DNA of 61,694 bases, filler included, from Sphacelaria rigidula (Eukaryota): assembly GCA_964200075.2 (NCBI GenBank). It is 9 parts of 9 records of this genome, joined end to end, with 100 filler letters (N's around TTAATTAATTAA, not from the genome) between each part and the next. Parts side by side here need not be neighbours in the genome. Positions count along the whole stretch, not along the records: positions 6,868 to 13,633 come from CAXNAA020018184.1; positions 13,734 to 20,499 come from CAXNAA020018185.1; positions 20,600 to 27,365 come from CAXNAA020018186.1; 6 more parts are not named here. One strand, given 5' to 3'. The first letter of the stretch is position 1. Each line of letters begins with the position of its first letter. The position numbers were made by a program, and so were the translations under genes. Below the pieces are notes generated by a model, which was given only the letters and a program-made list of their open reading frames with translations, had not been told where the DNA came from and ran no database searches. Shown in pieces: positions 11,447-23,391 of this stretch.

Positions 11447-11913
11447 TCACGCCCTGGCATGCTTGGAGCAGAACTCCGCCTTCTTGCTTCCTACCACACC
11501 GAAAGACGCCTGTGTGGAGCAGCTCTCGTCGCCGCACCTCTTGTTCATCACACTCACCATCTCCGCCCTGGCATGCTCAAAGCAGAACTCCACCCTTTTG
11601 CTTCCTACTACACCATACGACGGATGCTTCGAGCAGCCCTCGTGTTCACCACGTTCACCATCCCCGCCCTAGCGTGCTTAGAGCAGAACTCCGTCTCCTT
11701 GCCTCCAGCTACTCCTTGAGACGGCCCGTAGGAACAGCCCTCGTCAAAGCACTTGTTCTTCACATTCACCCTTCTCGCCATCGCATATTTGGAGAAGAAC
11801 TCCGCCGTGTAACCCTGTGCACCGTGAGATGGCGGCTCGGAGTAGCCCTTGGTGATGCACCTTTCTTCTGCGACGTCGGCCGCCAGGTCCTTCGCGTGGG
11901 GCTTCTTCGAAGA
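11447..11913 (-). pseudogene. Disrupted 5' extension of the EsV-1-7 array (about 4 further repeats)
   Basis: The same repeat units continue upstream. There is an in-frame TGA at 11449..11447, where other repeats have a Gly codon, and a frameshifting deletion of about 13 nt at 11644/11643 (GTG AAC|AC GAG GGC TGC). Confidence 0.75.
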
Positions 11914-13633
11914 CTAACTGCTTACGGTAGCACAAAAAGCCAAAACGGCGGGAAGTCTTCCATGAGCCATGTGTGAAAGCGAGTTGGAACGCTTTGCAGA
12001 ACGATCGGCACTTTTGTTGGGGTACATACTCCGGAGAAAAAGAGACTGACTGCATACAACTTCGACGACGCTACATGTAAGCTGACCTTGACAACTGCAG
12101 CAGCACTGCAAGAGAGTTCTAGCGAACGGGGCATCCTGTACACTTTTGAGGTAGGGATCGAAGGCGAACAAAGCACTACCGCAGTACAATAGCAGGATAA
12201 TTGTGCAGCGGAAAACATGCCAAAGCACCATACCACCACAAAACCCTACCCAAACTTGAACAGAGACAAGACAGTGGATTTGAATCGACAGTATTACAGC
12301 TACCATTTCTGCTGTCATCGTTTCGACGCACACTCCGTCTGCATGGCACCATATAGCACATGAACGCCGAGACGCACTAGAGGGACACGGATCATGCATC
12401 GATACCGGCTGGACAAGGTTGAGCAAATGCACGCCGTCGTGCGAAGGCAACTGCGAATACATGGCCCAGGCCATGTTCCAGGCCATGATCTTATCGATAT
12501 TTCCCTGCTGGGTATTCCTCGTTGCACAGATAGAAGCGAGGGGCCCCATATTGGAGAACCCATGCACCACCGCTACCCCCCCTACCCGCGGTCGAGAATG
12601 AGCAAAATACCAAATCAATTTGGCAAAAACCTTATCCTTCCTTTTCCTCCACTAGTATACGGAATTGAACGATCATTGAGATATCTCGGGGTTCGCCTCA
12701 ACGAGAGCAGCTCAAAACCGAGGAGTTTTGGTGCGCCAGCTGTTCTTGTGGCGATTGGGGAGCAATTTTACTAGCTGGAAAATGACTTTTGACTCGCGAC
12801 GATCACTGGATAATGAATATTGAGTCCGGCTGGCTTTTGCAAGACCTCTTGTTACCGACCTGGCAATATCGCAGTGATACGGCCGCCATACTAAGAAGGG
12901 CGGTGTACGACGAACAGTTCTGTACTGATACTGAATGACTGAGAAGGACATGTAGTAGGTTGGACTGTGCGGTGTTACCAGCCGACACGAAAATGTTCTG
13001 ATATTATAGACGTGCACAATGTGTGAGTTGCAGATGATCACGTACTTTGCCCATAGTTGGGCAGACAGCCGTGTGCATACAACGCGTATATCTACATATC
13101 GCAATTCATACTGCACTGCGACACAAGAGAGAGAGAGGTTGCAAAGGGGAATATTATGGACGTGGTGTTGCGAAAAAGAATATCCAACATCGAGGTAGCG
13201 GCAGTCATGAAATATAAAATACGTGAGATTGATATTGTTATGCCCGCAAGGGCAAATCCATGCAAACTGCGGGGTGCCAGGCGTGCGCGCCCGTTTCACG
13301 TTCACCGCTTGCAAGACTTCTAGAATCTGCGGCACATTTCCAGCGCCGGTACCCTGAGCGCTTTGATCTTCACTCCCTGCTTCTGCGGGCATCTTCTTCT
13401 CCACTTGCTTTGACTTACCCCTACCACCTACCGCTTCGGTACACGCGGCGCAGGCCGACGTTACCAGCAAACACGTGCGGTGCCATCATCTAGCGATCAG
13501 GGGGTACCCCTCCCATTGAATCGGGTACCTCCCCCCCCCCCCCCCCCCCCCCCACCCCCCGAGCTGGATTCGGGGGGGTAGGGGGGGGGGGGGGGAGTGG
13601 ATTTCTCTATTTGGGCCGCCTGCGTGAAAATGC

Positions 13634-13733
13634 NNNNNNNNNNNNNNNNNNNNNNNNNNNNNNNNNNNNNNNNNNNNTTAATTAATTAANNNNNNNNNNN
13701 NNNNNNNNNNNNNNNNNNNNNNNNNNNNNNNNN
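13634..13733. other. Artificial contig linker
   Basis: N44-TTAATTAATTAA-N44. Confidence 0.99.
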
Positions 13734-14910
13734 TTCACTGATTGACCGCTTTTCGCTCTCAATCGTATCATCTACTCTCAATCTCACGAGAACACTGTTA
13801 GCAGTAGTAGCGGTGACGGGAACATTGCCCTGTTTTGCAGCGCACAGAAGCGCGTCCTGTCAAAAAAGAGAGGCAGAGAGAAATCCATCTTCGCATTGGT
13901 GACCTCCACAGAAAAAGAGACGGAATCTCTCCGCACCTTGATAACGGTTGATGGGGACCATCATGGAATGTTACAAACTAGCACTAACACTAGCCCCAAC
14001 CCCGACCCCGACCCAAGGCGCACGAGATCCTCGAGCGAGGAGGACGCATAGATTCCCCCGGGCCAAGTGTGCGTTGGCAGACTTCAAATCGTCGCCTAAA
14101 ACGCCGATTTCGACAAAAACACGTTCTGGGCGAGCTGGGTCCACTGCTCACCTGTCCCAAACCATGTATTGCTCAGAATTTTATCGGGTCTCAAATCTTG
14201 CAGCCATCCATCCCTGTCAACCATTTTGTGTACTAACACTTCTTTAGGTCTACTGCTCTTCATCATGCACTCTGGTACTGGTGTGTAGTAAGTATCTCGT
14301 CCAGGAAGCTCAACCAGACCTGACCATCCTTGTCGCCGAAGCCAGTCTACACACCGGCACACGCTCCTTTGTATCAAGAGTGTGCGTGCCAGCTTTCGAC
14401 AACGGTGCCAACTGCCTCCGCGCACACACCGTATTCCAACATGCCCGCACTAAGGGTGCTGTCACATTATATTGCTTGTAACGCAGGATGTGCCCGCACT
14501 CAGGCCGTAACATATTATACCGCTGCACTACGACAGGAGTGGGTGTGCCTGATAAGCACCGTGTTGACCCAGCTCTGCCACCACACCACAGCCTTGGCCA
14601 AGCGTAGCAGTGAGAAGGATTCACTCTTTGAAGGTGATTCCGATACAACATCCGCCGGAAATACCCTCCCCACGCCGTACCGACAAGACCGGTCATGGCC
14701 TTCGTTGGAGGACGGGAAACGGAGCAATAAATACTCTACTCAAAGTTTGAGTAGGTTTGCTCCAAGGGTCAACTAGCCTCTTGTTATGTACTACAACCCG
14801 AAGTGTCGTGGAACAATTCAAGAGGTCCCCGTTAGCGCGGTTCGAATAAACTGGTCGCTCTTAATTGGATGTTCAACTCTCAATTTCACGAAAACATTGT
14901 CAACGAGTGT

Positions 14911-16068
14911 AATAAGGTTACTCGGTGATATCAAGAAAAAATCCGCAACATCTGGGCGAACTGTAGGTGAGGCGCAATCGCTGAAAATTTCACCTGCAAA
15001 CTCTGCTCCAGCGCACTGTAAGTTTACATCGCTAGAACGATACTACCATAACCGCCTTGCGGGCTGCCAGACTGTCACAGACTCTCAGGACGTAGGAACC
15101 GCTAGCATTGCTACTGCCTGTACGGGGGTGTTGCCCCCTTCTCAGGTACGTTTTGGGGTATGATACAAGATGGAGATCACCCTTCCTTGGACATGGGCAC
15201 CAAACGCTGGGCTTCTCCCTCCAGACTTTGAATTGGAGGATGATACTACGTAGGCAGCGGCAACTGCTGTGTGTCCACGTGCCCCTTGAAGCAGGATGCG
15301 TTTGGTGTCCATTTGACAAAGGTATCCCCAAAAATCCCGAAATCGATAAGGGTTTTAGACTGGAAAAATCTAGCAAAAAAACTATCGCAAGGATCCGATC
15401 GCAAGAATCCCGACGCAAAAATGGAGTCGCAAAAAACCTCTTCGTCGGATTTTTACCCGCAGCAGAAACCAACTTCACTTTGTGAAATTGGAATGCATAT
15501 AATGTTACTCAATGATATCGTGAAAAACTCCGCAACATCTGCGCGAACTGCGCGTGAGGCAATCGCCGAAATATTCACCTGCAAACTCTGCTCCGGTGCA
15601 CTGTACGTTGATATCGCTAGAAGGACACTACCATGACCACCTTGCCGGCTGCAAGACTGTCAGGACGTAGAATCCGCTAGCATTCCTTTTGTCTATGTGA
15701 GGATGTTGCCCCCTTGTCGGGTACGTTTGGGAGCGTGATACTAGACGTAGATCATCGTTCCTTGTACATGGGCGCCAAACGATGGGGGTTCTCACTCAAG
15801 ACTTCGCTTCGGAGGATGATACTAGATCGGCAGCAGCAACTGCTGTGTCCAGGCGCCCCTTGGAGCAAGATGTGTTTGGTTTCTATTTGATGAAGGTATC
15901 CCCAGAAAACCGAAATCAAGAGGAGTTTCAAAGTGGAAAAATCTAGCAATAAAAGTGTCGCAATAATCGGGTCGCAGAAATCAAGTCGCACAAACGCAGT
16001 CTCAAAAAATCATGTAGTCGAATCTTTACCCGCAGCAGAAACCAACTTCACTTCGTGAAATTCGAATA
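14911..16068. repeat. Diverged tandem duplication, unit about 587 bp
   Basis: Collinear anchors GATATC...CCGCAACATCTG, TTCACCTGCAAACTCTGCTCC and TTTACCCGCAGCAGAAACCAACTTCACTT each occur twice (GATATC at 14927 and 15514). Confidence 0.85.
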
Positions 16069-17471
16069 CCCACGTCATCATTCAATTCAGCCAGGCAATA
16101 TCTATACCCACCTCCACGTATTATGATGACAAACAATTTTTATCGTCCACCACCCACCTGAAATCGAGTGCCCTGTGACCTACACCTCTTGAGAGGATGT
16201 TGGGTGCCATACACTAGCGTCGAGGACGTTATGAGAACTCAAATATGGTCTCGACACCGGTCGAAGAGGCCATTGACATAGTCCAGCTCAACAGTATTGC
16301 ATGTTTTATAACACGCGTGAGGTTATGTCGGGCATTAATCATCATATATAGTATCGTGGTACACTACACTGTCTGGATTTTCGTGTTCGCCCAAATACTT
16401 GACACACACTGCACTTCACAGGTCAGAATATATCAACTATCCTTTCGAGAAACAGGAAAAAGTACCAAGCGAATTTTCAGTCTCAACGATCACTCCAGTT
16501 CAGATCTTTTGACAGTCTCACCATATTGTTGAAACATGAGCAGCACATTACGGTGCCACATATCACAGCCAGCTCCAAATTTATCTAGAACACACTGATG
16601 AGCTGCCACCTACAGACACACTACCGCCACTGTCACATCATGCCCCTAATGATGCCATGTAACTGTTTGGGCTTTACCCACAAAATCAAAGTCATCACGC
16701 GGATCACCATAGGGATGAGACCACGAAACACTCATGAGACTCGTGCTTCATCAATCGGTGTTTTTGTGATTCACCAACGAGATGGCAGGAAGACGCGATG
16801 CGGTAACATCCCCAGCTGCGGCTGGCAACGTGCCATCACTAATAGGGTTTGCGGGCCTGAGAGGGAGTTTAGATGACGTACAGGCAGTGATCTCCCGAGT
16901 ACTCAAGGGGACACCACGTGTAGAGCCGTGGGTTGCAGCAGGTGGGAGGGAGGAATCATGTGGCCGACCGCACCCCGCGACGTTCAAAATACCCCGAAAA
17001 AATGAAGGCAATCTGTTTCATACCCCTCCCTAAACAGTCCTGCTAAAACACAAAGCGTGCGGCATCCTCGGAATCATTGTGTCGCTTGCTATGCACAAGG
17101 CACAGGGGAATCTCTTGTGCAGAAATAAAATTAAAGCTAGAACTGGCCTTTCAAGTTGCAGGCCTGCGCGGCATGTGAACTCCGTCACTGCCAAGATCAG
17201 CCAGTCTGACCCGCTACATTTGACTTTCGGAACGGAAATGGCGCACGGCGGAAATAAGGAACCACCAACTCATCGAGAAGTGCGCAATTACTTCTCGGGT
17301 TGTCTAAGCAGTGAAGCGAATCACTGAGCAATGTAAATTCCCTGGCTCCTCCAGTCTCTACGAAAACACACACGCATACCTCTTTCGCACACGCACACGA
17401 GAAACAAAGCTAAATCAAAACCAAAGTCCACGGTCATCCACTTTTGCGGACGAAACGTGAAGGTACTTCGT

Positions 17472-17568
17472 TCATGCCGCGACTGCCTCCCTTTCCGCGC
17501 CCATTTTCACTCCCTGGTCCAGCACGCCGCTCTTCAACAACTCTTCGATCCTCTCCGCCTCCTCGTAT
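17472..17568 (-). CDS. Putative terminal coding exon of an unidentified gene
   Basis: A long polypyrimidine tract precedes an AAG| acceptor. GC3-rich codons read YEEAERIEELLKSGVLDQGVKMGAEREAVAA followed by TGA. Confidence 0.45.
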
Positions 17569-18196
17569 CTTCGGCGGAAAGCAAACGCACAAAACCACAA
17601 GGAGGATCAACGTAGGAACGAAAGTAGAGCGAAAATGAGCGGGATAGAGAGATAAAAAACGAACCGAAGGAAGAGAGTAACCCTTTCAAGCGTCAACGAT
17701 GGGGGGTTCAATCAGCGTGGCTGGATAGCACGTGCATGTAAAAACAATATCGCGTCTTCTTCTGCTTCTCCATTTAAATCGTGTCTCCTTTTTGCATAGT
17801 TGGCAGCCGAGAGTTCCTGCTCGATAGCGCGGGCTCTAAATACCTCCTCAGTCGCCACCTGTTTCAACGGCCACGCTGCTAGTACGACCTACTATGTAAA
17901 GCATTGGCAGGGGGCTGTCGGAGTTGCCTCCCCCGGGACCACACTAGGTAGGTAACACGGGAATTTCCAATCGCGGATGGATTTGCTCTTGAGAATGCGC
18001 TTTGGGAATCTTCATAAGCATCGAAATATACATTTTTTCAAGTGCATATGCATGCTCCGGCCGTTACGTGGTGCCTCGCTTATCCTGAAAAAAAGTGCAT
18101 CCGCAATTTTTGAAATCCCGTGTTCTTATTTTTCAGAATCCATTTTTAACGCGGGATTTTACAACTTGCGCATGAATTTTTTTCAAGAATGAGCGA

Positions 18197-18413
18197 GGCC
18201 ACACATCATGGCCGGAATATGTGTTTCCATTAGTTTCCAAAATCTTTCAATACCTTGCTTGAGTTCGTCCATCATGAGGCCACGGCTGGACCCCTGGCCA
18301 CACATCAAGGCCGGAAAATGTGTTTCCATTAGTTTCCAAAATCTTTCAATACCTTCCTTGAGTACGTCTATCATGAGACCACGGGTCAGTTAAGGTGCGA
18401 CAATCAATCAATC
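18197..18413 (+). mobile_element. 3' end of a non-LTR retroposon with a 99-bp internal tandem duplication and a (CAAT)n tail
   Basis: Units start at 18197 and 18296. It ends in CATCATGAGACCACGG...GCGACAATCAATCAATC, a motif also seen at about 46102..46170 (-), 49159..49212 and 58469..58524. Confidence 0.6.
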
Positions 18414-20499
18414 ATAAAGGTTCCCGGGGCTCATCTTCAACACAAATCTACGTATACGCAATTTGAAAAATGATGTGTTGATCAGTGTCTGGAAGTTCAT
18501 CATGGTTGTTTCATCCATCATTTATTCATGTTTGCTCTTAGTTTTGAGTTCTTGTTCGGGAGTGTTCCCGTACATGTACAGAGGGTAGTGCGTTTGTTTG
18601 GTAACCACTGCTAAAGTATTCCCAGCGGATCATTCAATGTACGACAATCATCCACTCGATCGAAACATCACTCAACATGTACGCATATCCGACACGAGGA
18701 GAAGGAGAATATTGTCGTTTCCATCATCAGGCATTGAATTCACCATGCTCACGCTCAGCTCAAGGCACATACCACCAGCACAGCAGTCGAAAACCCGTCG
18801 TGTCCATCTGACGGTTCAACGACAACCATGTCTGGCAGAGGAACAGCCAACTGTCAACGTTCAAAATGGTTGGCGCAACTTCAACTCGTGCGTTGGCGGG
18901 TCAGTAAGTGTAGCTTGTTCAGCATGACACAAAGCAAAACATGTCTCAAAGTAGAGAGAAGGTACAACGAGCACACGTGCAAACGAGCTGGCTACCCCGA
19001 GGCTATTGCTTGTACTCGCGGTACCTGAACCACTTTGGCCAAATACCGGTAGTGATTTCAGCATTCAACCGGGGGTGGGGGGAGTGGAAGCACGTATTTT
19101 CGCACGTGGTAGTCGAAGTTCAAAGTCCGCATGTTCAATTGGAAGCGATTTTCCCAGGTTTTGCGGTTACCACGATTCACAAGGGTTTCAGCTCAATCCC
19201 AAATATTGGGAATCAAGAGACGTGAGTTCCCGACGCAAGTTTGGAGAAAACTCTGTTCATGACGACGATTTTTTTCAAGGAGATACAGGCTCACCGGTCT
19301 TTGAGGGTCCTACGAGTATACGGCGGCTCTTCTCGCTCTTCGATATCTTCGCTTCACAGAACCGATCCGGATAGTTACAACGAACTATTTAATTACTTCA
19401 TTATTTTCATCTTCTCGATACCTATTGCCCTACAGGCGGTAAAACGTGTTTTTGGACCATGTACGGTCGACAACACCTACTGGATAGACGGGGGTTTCAC
19501 CACGTATCGTTCCAGCAACACAGAAATGGTGGAGGTTTCCTGAGCACGACCTGCTATTTTTTTCAACGCCTACCGACTCGAAAACCCTCCAGTGAAGATA
19601 ATAAATCGTCTGTGAAAAATTCCCCATTGAAAGAATACCGTGTGTAAGCTTTGACCACGAGCACTGTAGTATGAACCCTCCTTCCCCTATTCGTCAGGCC
19701 GACTGCATATTCCGCAGGGATCAACCCCCATCTCTCCTGGTACAGTATTTCCTATCGTGTACGTTATTCCTGAGCATGGCACCAGCGCTCCAGAAAAAGG
19801 CATTGGCTTTGGACAGTTCCAGTTCCATCGTACCCTCATCTGGGTGGCACACAACATCAAAACTTGGCTGTGCTACACAGCGCAAAACATGCCGACTGCG
19901 AAGAGATTCCAACTTTGGCCCTCCCATTCAATGCGTTTGGAATTGCGAACAGCCCAGTCTGCATTTCGAAACGATCTCCACGAGGGGAAAACGTTGTTGC
20001 TTGTTGTACTCATGCGCGTCAATTTTTTGTTCTCACCCGTACTGCACACAGTCCCCAAACGCAACACCCGTGATGTAGTTGCCGCCCATTCGGAGGCCAG
20101 GCGCCGCCTTCAAGCCCTCCTCGAGATCGGCCAAGATGCCTAGGTGACCTCTCTGATATCTGCCGCGATATGACAAAGACAACGATTCTCTCGAGTCAGT
20201 CCGACTGCGAGAATTCTACGCGTGCAAAACGTTAGCGTCGCAGGTTCATAGGGGTGCGAGACTTCACCGGGGGCCGGGTGCAAGGACACATATCCCAGGT
20301 GAGAGTATTTTACGTTCAAGCCGACTAGTGATATTCACCGTACTCCACAATACTTGCTTGTCCACGAGGTAAACGGGGCAAGGGATGAGGAGGCATGGGA
20401 AGCTGGATCATCAATTTAGCGATGCTCAAGTTATAGGAATGAGCTTTACCGATTTGCGCACATAGCACCGGAGTCATGCTACGATAGGGACGGGGGGGG

Positions 20500-20599
20500 N
20501 NNNNNNNNNNNNNNNNNNNNNNNNNNNNNNNNNNNNNNNNNNNTTAATTAATTAANNNNNNNNNNNNNNNNNNNNNNNNNNNNNNNNNNNNNNNNNNNN
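20500..20599. other. Artificial contig linker
   Basis: N44-TTAATTAATTAA-N44. Confidence 0.99.
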
Positions 20600-20632
20600 T
20601 GTACAAAAAAAAACACTCCCAACACAGCATAC

Positions 20633-21043
20633 CTGTAAAAATCGCATCACCGCGTCCACCACCTCCCGATGTTGCTGGTCATCAAACCAGCCCAGCTTAG
20701 TAATTCGGCATAGCAACTGAATGAGGCTCGTTTTGACGTAATCCGCCAAACCCGGGCCAACACTGCCGAGATAGTTCAGGATGTAGTTACGGATTTCGAC
20801 CCGCTGGGGCGCGGTGAAGTTGTTCCAGTGGTTTGAGATAAGCCGTGTCAGACTGCTCGAGGCCAGCAGTAGGGCATATTGGTTTTCCGAGTGATCGAGG
20901 ATATACTGGCATTGCGGTATGCGCTCCGCCGAGTTTTGAAGGCTGAGAAGCTGGTTTTGGGCGTGATTCCGAGCGGCTTCGTCTGCGGAGTTGTACAGAG
21001 TTTGGCACAGCGCTTCCACCTGGGAAAGCTGCGCTGCATCCAT
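20633..21043 (-). CDS. XPO7: Exportin-7 / RanBP16-17 family, first coding exon (importin-beta N-terminal domain)
   Basis: MDAAQLSQVEALCQTLYNS...QCQYILDHS..YALLLASSSL...QRVEIRNYILNYL...LIQLLCRITKLGWFDD is diagnostic of XPO7. Donor CAG|GTATGC at 20633/20632; 137 codons. Confidence 0.92.
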
Positions 21044-23321
21044 GTTGACGTCGTTTCTTCTTTCTCCCAGTAGCAGTTGCTGTTACGACAGCTGTCCGCT
21101 CGCTTGCTCTCCTCCCTGAGGCAAAGTAAACCTCTGCGATCTCAGCTGTTGCTGCGTTCTCCTTTCGCCCCTGCTTTTCGTTGGTGCGGTTGCTGTTTCC
21201 CCTCTCCTCTCCTCTCTCCCTCGATCTCCTCTCCTTTTTTTTTTGCTCGAAAATGTACCGTCGCCCGGCCACCTTCCCCCCTATCTCTCCGCTCTCAGCT
21301 TCCACACACACAAAAATTCCGAGCCAGGTTGATGACAACACACACGCATACACAAGAAGATTTCCGCGTTTGTATGCAGCTGGGGGTAATTTCAGAACCC
21401 TAGCGCACAGAGATGCACACCTTTGCCACAAGCGACCCGTGTGCGGCTGAGACACCAGGCAATGACAACACGCTGCGGTTTCAAAATGCCAATGTGTGCT
21501 AAACAGCCGCTGCGTTGTCACACAGCGGAAACCGCCCTGAAAAGTAACGCAGCAAACCTGCAACAGACAGTACAGTAAAGTGCAGCAGTGAGCAGCCCTC
21601 GCTGCTGCTGCTGCTGCAGCTGTTCCTCCCCCAAAAGCCCGTGGGTGTTATTTTCCCTCCCTATAGTAGGGGTGAGGTTCGCTCAAAGGAAATGTTGCAG
21701 TGAGCAGCTTGCGATTGTCGCCCTCTCCCAGCAGTCTGCTGGGGACCCGACACAAATGTGACTATGTACGTGTTGCTGCGTGGGCTGCCCTTGGTAACAA
21801 GGTGAAAGTATATTGGCGGCAGGATATACGCGCACATGACAGAAAATAGGCAGCAGCAGCAGGATGCAGCAAAAGGACAGGCATGTTTTACTATTGAATT
21901 GATTCGCTTCATGACGTCTACTGCTCTCATTTACACTTAATCATCAAGGAGTATAGCCACCGCCCTGCCCATCTTGCCCTCTATCGATGCTCACATGAAC
22001 TTGGGTCGGAGCATGGCGTACTACAACACCACATCCTCTAGTGCAAATAACATAGGGGTGCTATTCAACGCACATACAAACAGACGCCAATTGCGTTGCC
22101 CTTTCTTTCGGTGTTCGTCGTTTTGCGCACACAGGAGTGAAATGGGTTGAAGTAACAGAAACAGACAGCAGCGACATCTGGAAGGCAAAACAGATCGCTG
22201 TGTGAGAATTGGCTGGCCCTCTTCTGAATTGGGGAAAAGTTCCGCATGCCCCCAACTAGCACTTTGTTGCCCTTATGTGCAGTGTGCGGCTGCCATGGAT
22301 GAGAGCAAGCAAGCCCATTTTCTATACTGTGTATAGTACGTTTGTTCAGGTGGGGAGAGCCAGGCACTCTTTTTCCATGTCAAAAGTCGATCTCGAAACA
22401 AGGACACACGCAGAAAAAAAGGGAAAATGAGCGGGAATGAAGGACGTGGAGATGATTGGCAAACAGATTAAAGCAACGATCATTGCCAGGAAGTATTCGA
22501 CATTGATCAAGGAAGGAACGAGCCAAGTCTATCTAGTAGCTGATCTCACCTCGTGAAACGCGAAGCTGTGTTATTTGATGTCGGTCTGTATCGCAAAATC
22601 GGCGTGCTGCTACAAGAAACTAAGATGGTCAAATGAATGCACCAGCACAAGATGCGGCCTTTCTCCGATGCAACGCGTAACGTATGATCATTTTTTATTG
22701 ATAATATGTTTTGCTATTGTCATCATTTCTATATACTAGAGTCCAGACTGGAGCCCTCCACTATTGTCCCGGCCTCGTTGTACACATTGCGCACGAATCG
22801 ACTGCACTACTACACCTCACCGCAATTTGTGTTGAGAAGACCTGACTACGGTGGGCACTTGGATCATTAGTCTAAACTTTTGAACTGCCTCGCTGGAGAT
22901 TTTGAAAGGCTCATTGCCCCTGCCTGGAGGAGTAAAACGGCAGCAAGCGCCCACAGCAATCCTGAGGCTTCTCTTCCTGCAACGCTGCCAAATTAGGACG
23001 TGTCTGCTCTGTGCAAAGCGGAGTTGCGACTTCGTGTTTCGCACACAGGGCGACATAGATACACACACCGTGTAAGGGGTACTTTCGATCTCTCAGCATC
23101 GAGTGCTGATCTGCGTTACTGAAGGCTTCAGCGAAAGTGTCAAACAAAAGTCAGCTGTTGAAGTTCGGCTGCTGTCGTAAACGTGAAGCGCTCTCGCTGT
23201 CCGACTTGGACATCCGGGCAAACGCGTGTTGCCGGGGGTAAACTTGGGCGGACTGCTTCCGAACATCAACTGCAACTTGTGAGCAACGTGGAGGCAGGAA
23301 TAGTGGGCTTTCGCTAAAGCC

Positions 23322-23391
23322 ATGTCGTGCATCGCTCTGAGCAACAACCAAAAGAACGAGCTGCTGTTCGTCGGCTTCAATCAAGACTACG
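23322..23391 (+). CDS. ATG18: First coding exon of a PROPPIN (ATG18/WIPI3-4-like) WD40 autophagy protein
   Basis: MSCIALSNNQKNELLFVGFNQDY(G) matches the LLxxxFNQDxGCF N-terminal motif. AGCCATG start context; donor G|GTGAGG. Confidence 0.8.

Noticed and set aside
9290-11913. 114-bp tandem repeats as a CRISPR array or non-coding satellite
   Set aside because: There are no unique spacers. The units are in-frame protein repeats with conserved Cys and His.
11914-13470. Minus-strand ORFs of 234 aa and 252 aa upstream of the EsV-1-7 gene
   Set aside because: Non-ATG starts, no recognisable domain and unnatural composition; probably spurious.
13530-13596. Poly-C / poly-G inverted tract as a functional hairpin or G-quadruplex
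   Set aside because: Homopolymer tracts at a contig end with unreliable length; such tracts are common throughout the window.
18183-18393. 33-aa repeated peptide (GIERFWKLMETH...) as a small repeat protein
   Set aside because: It results from a 99-bp duplication within a retroposon 3' end and has no gene structure.
19864-20073. VACCTHARQFFV resembling the IS66 transposase CWAHARRKF motif
   Set aside because: A single short motif with no supporting flanking similarity, in a eukaryotic context; probably chance.
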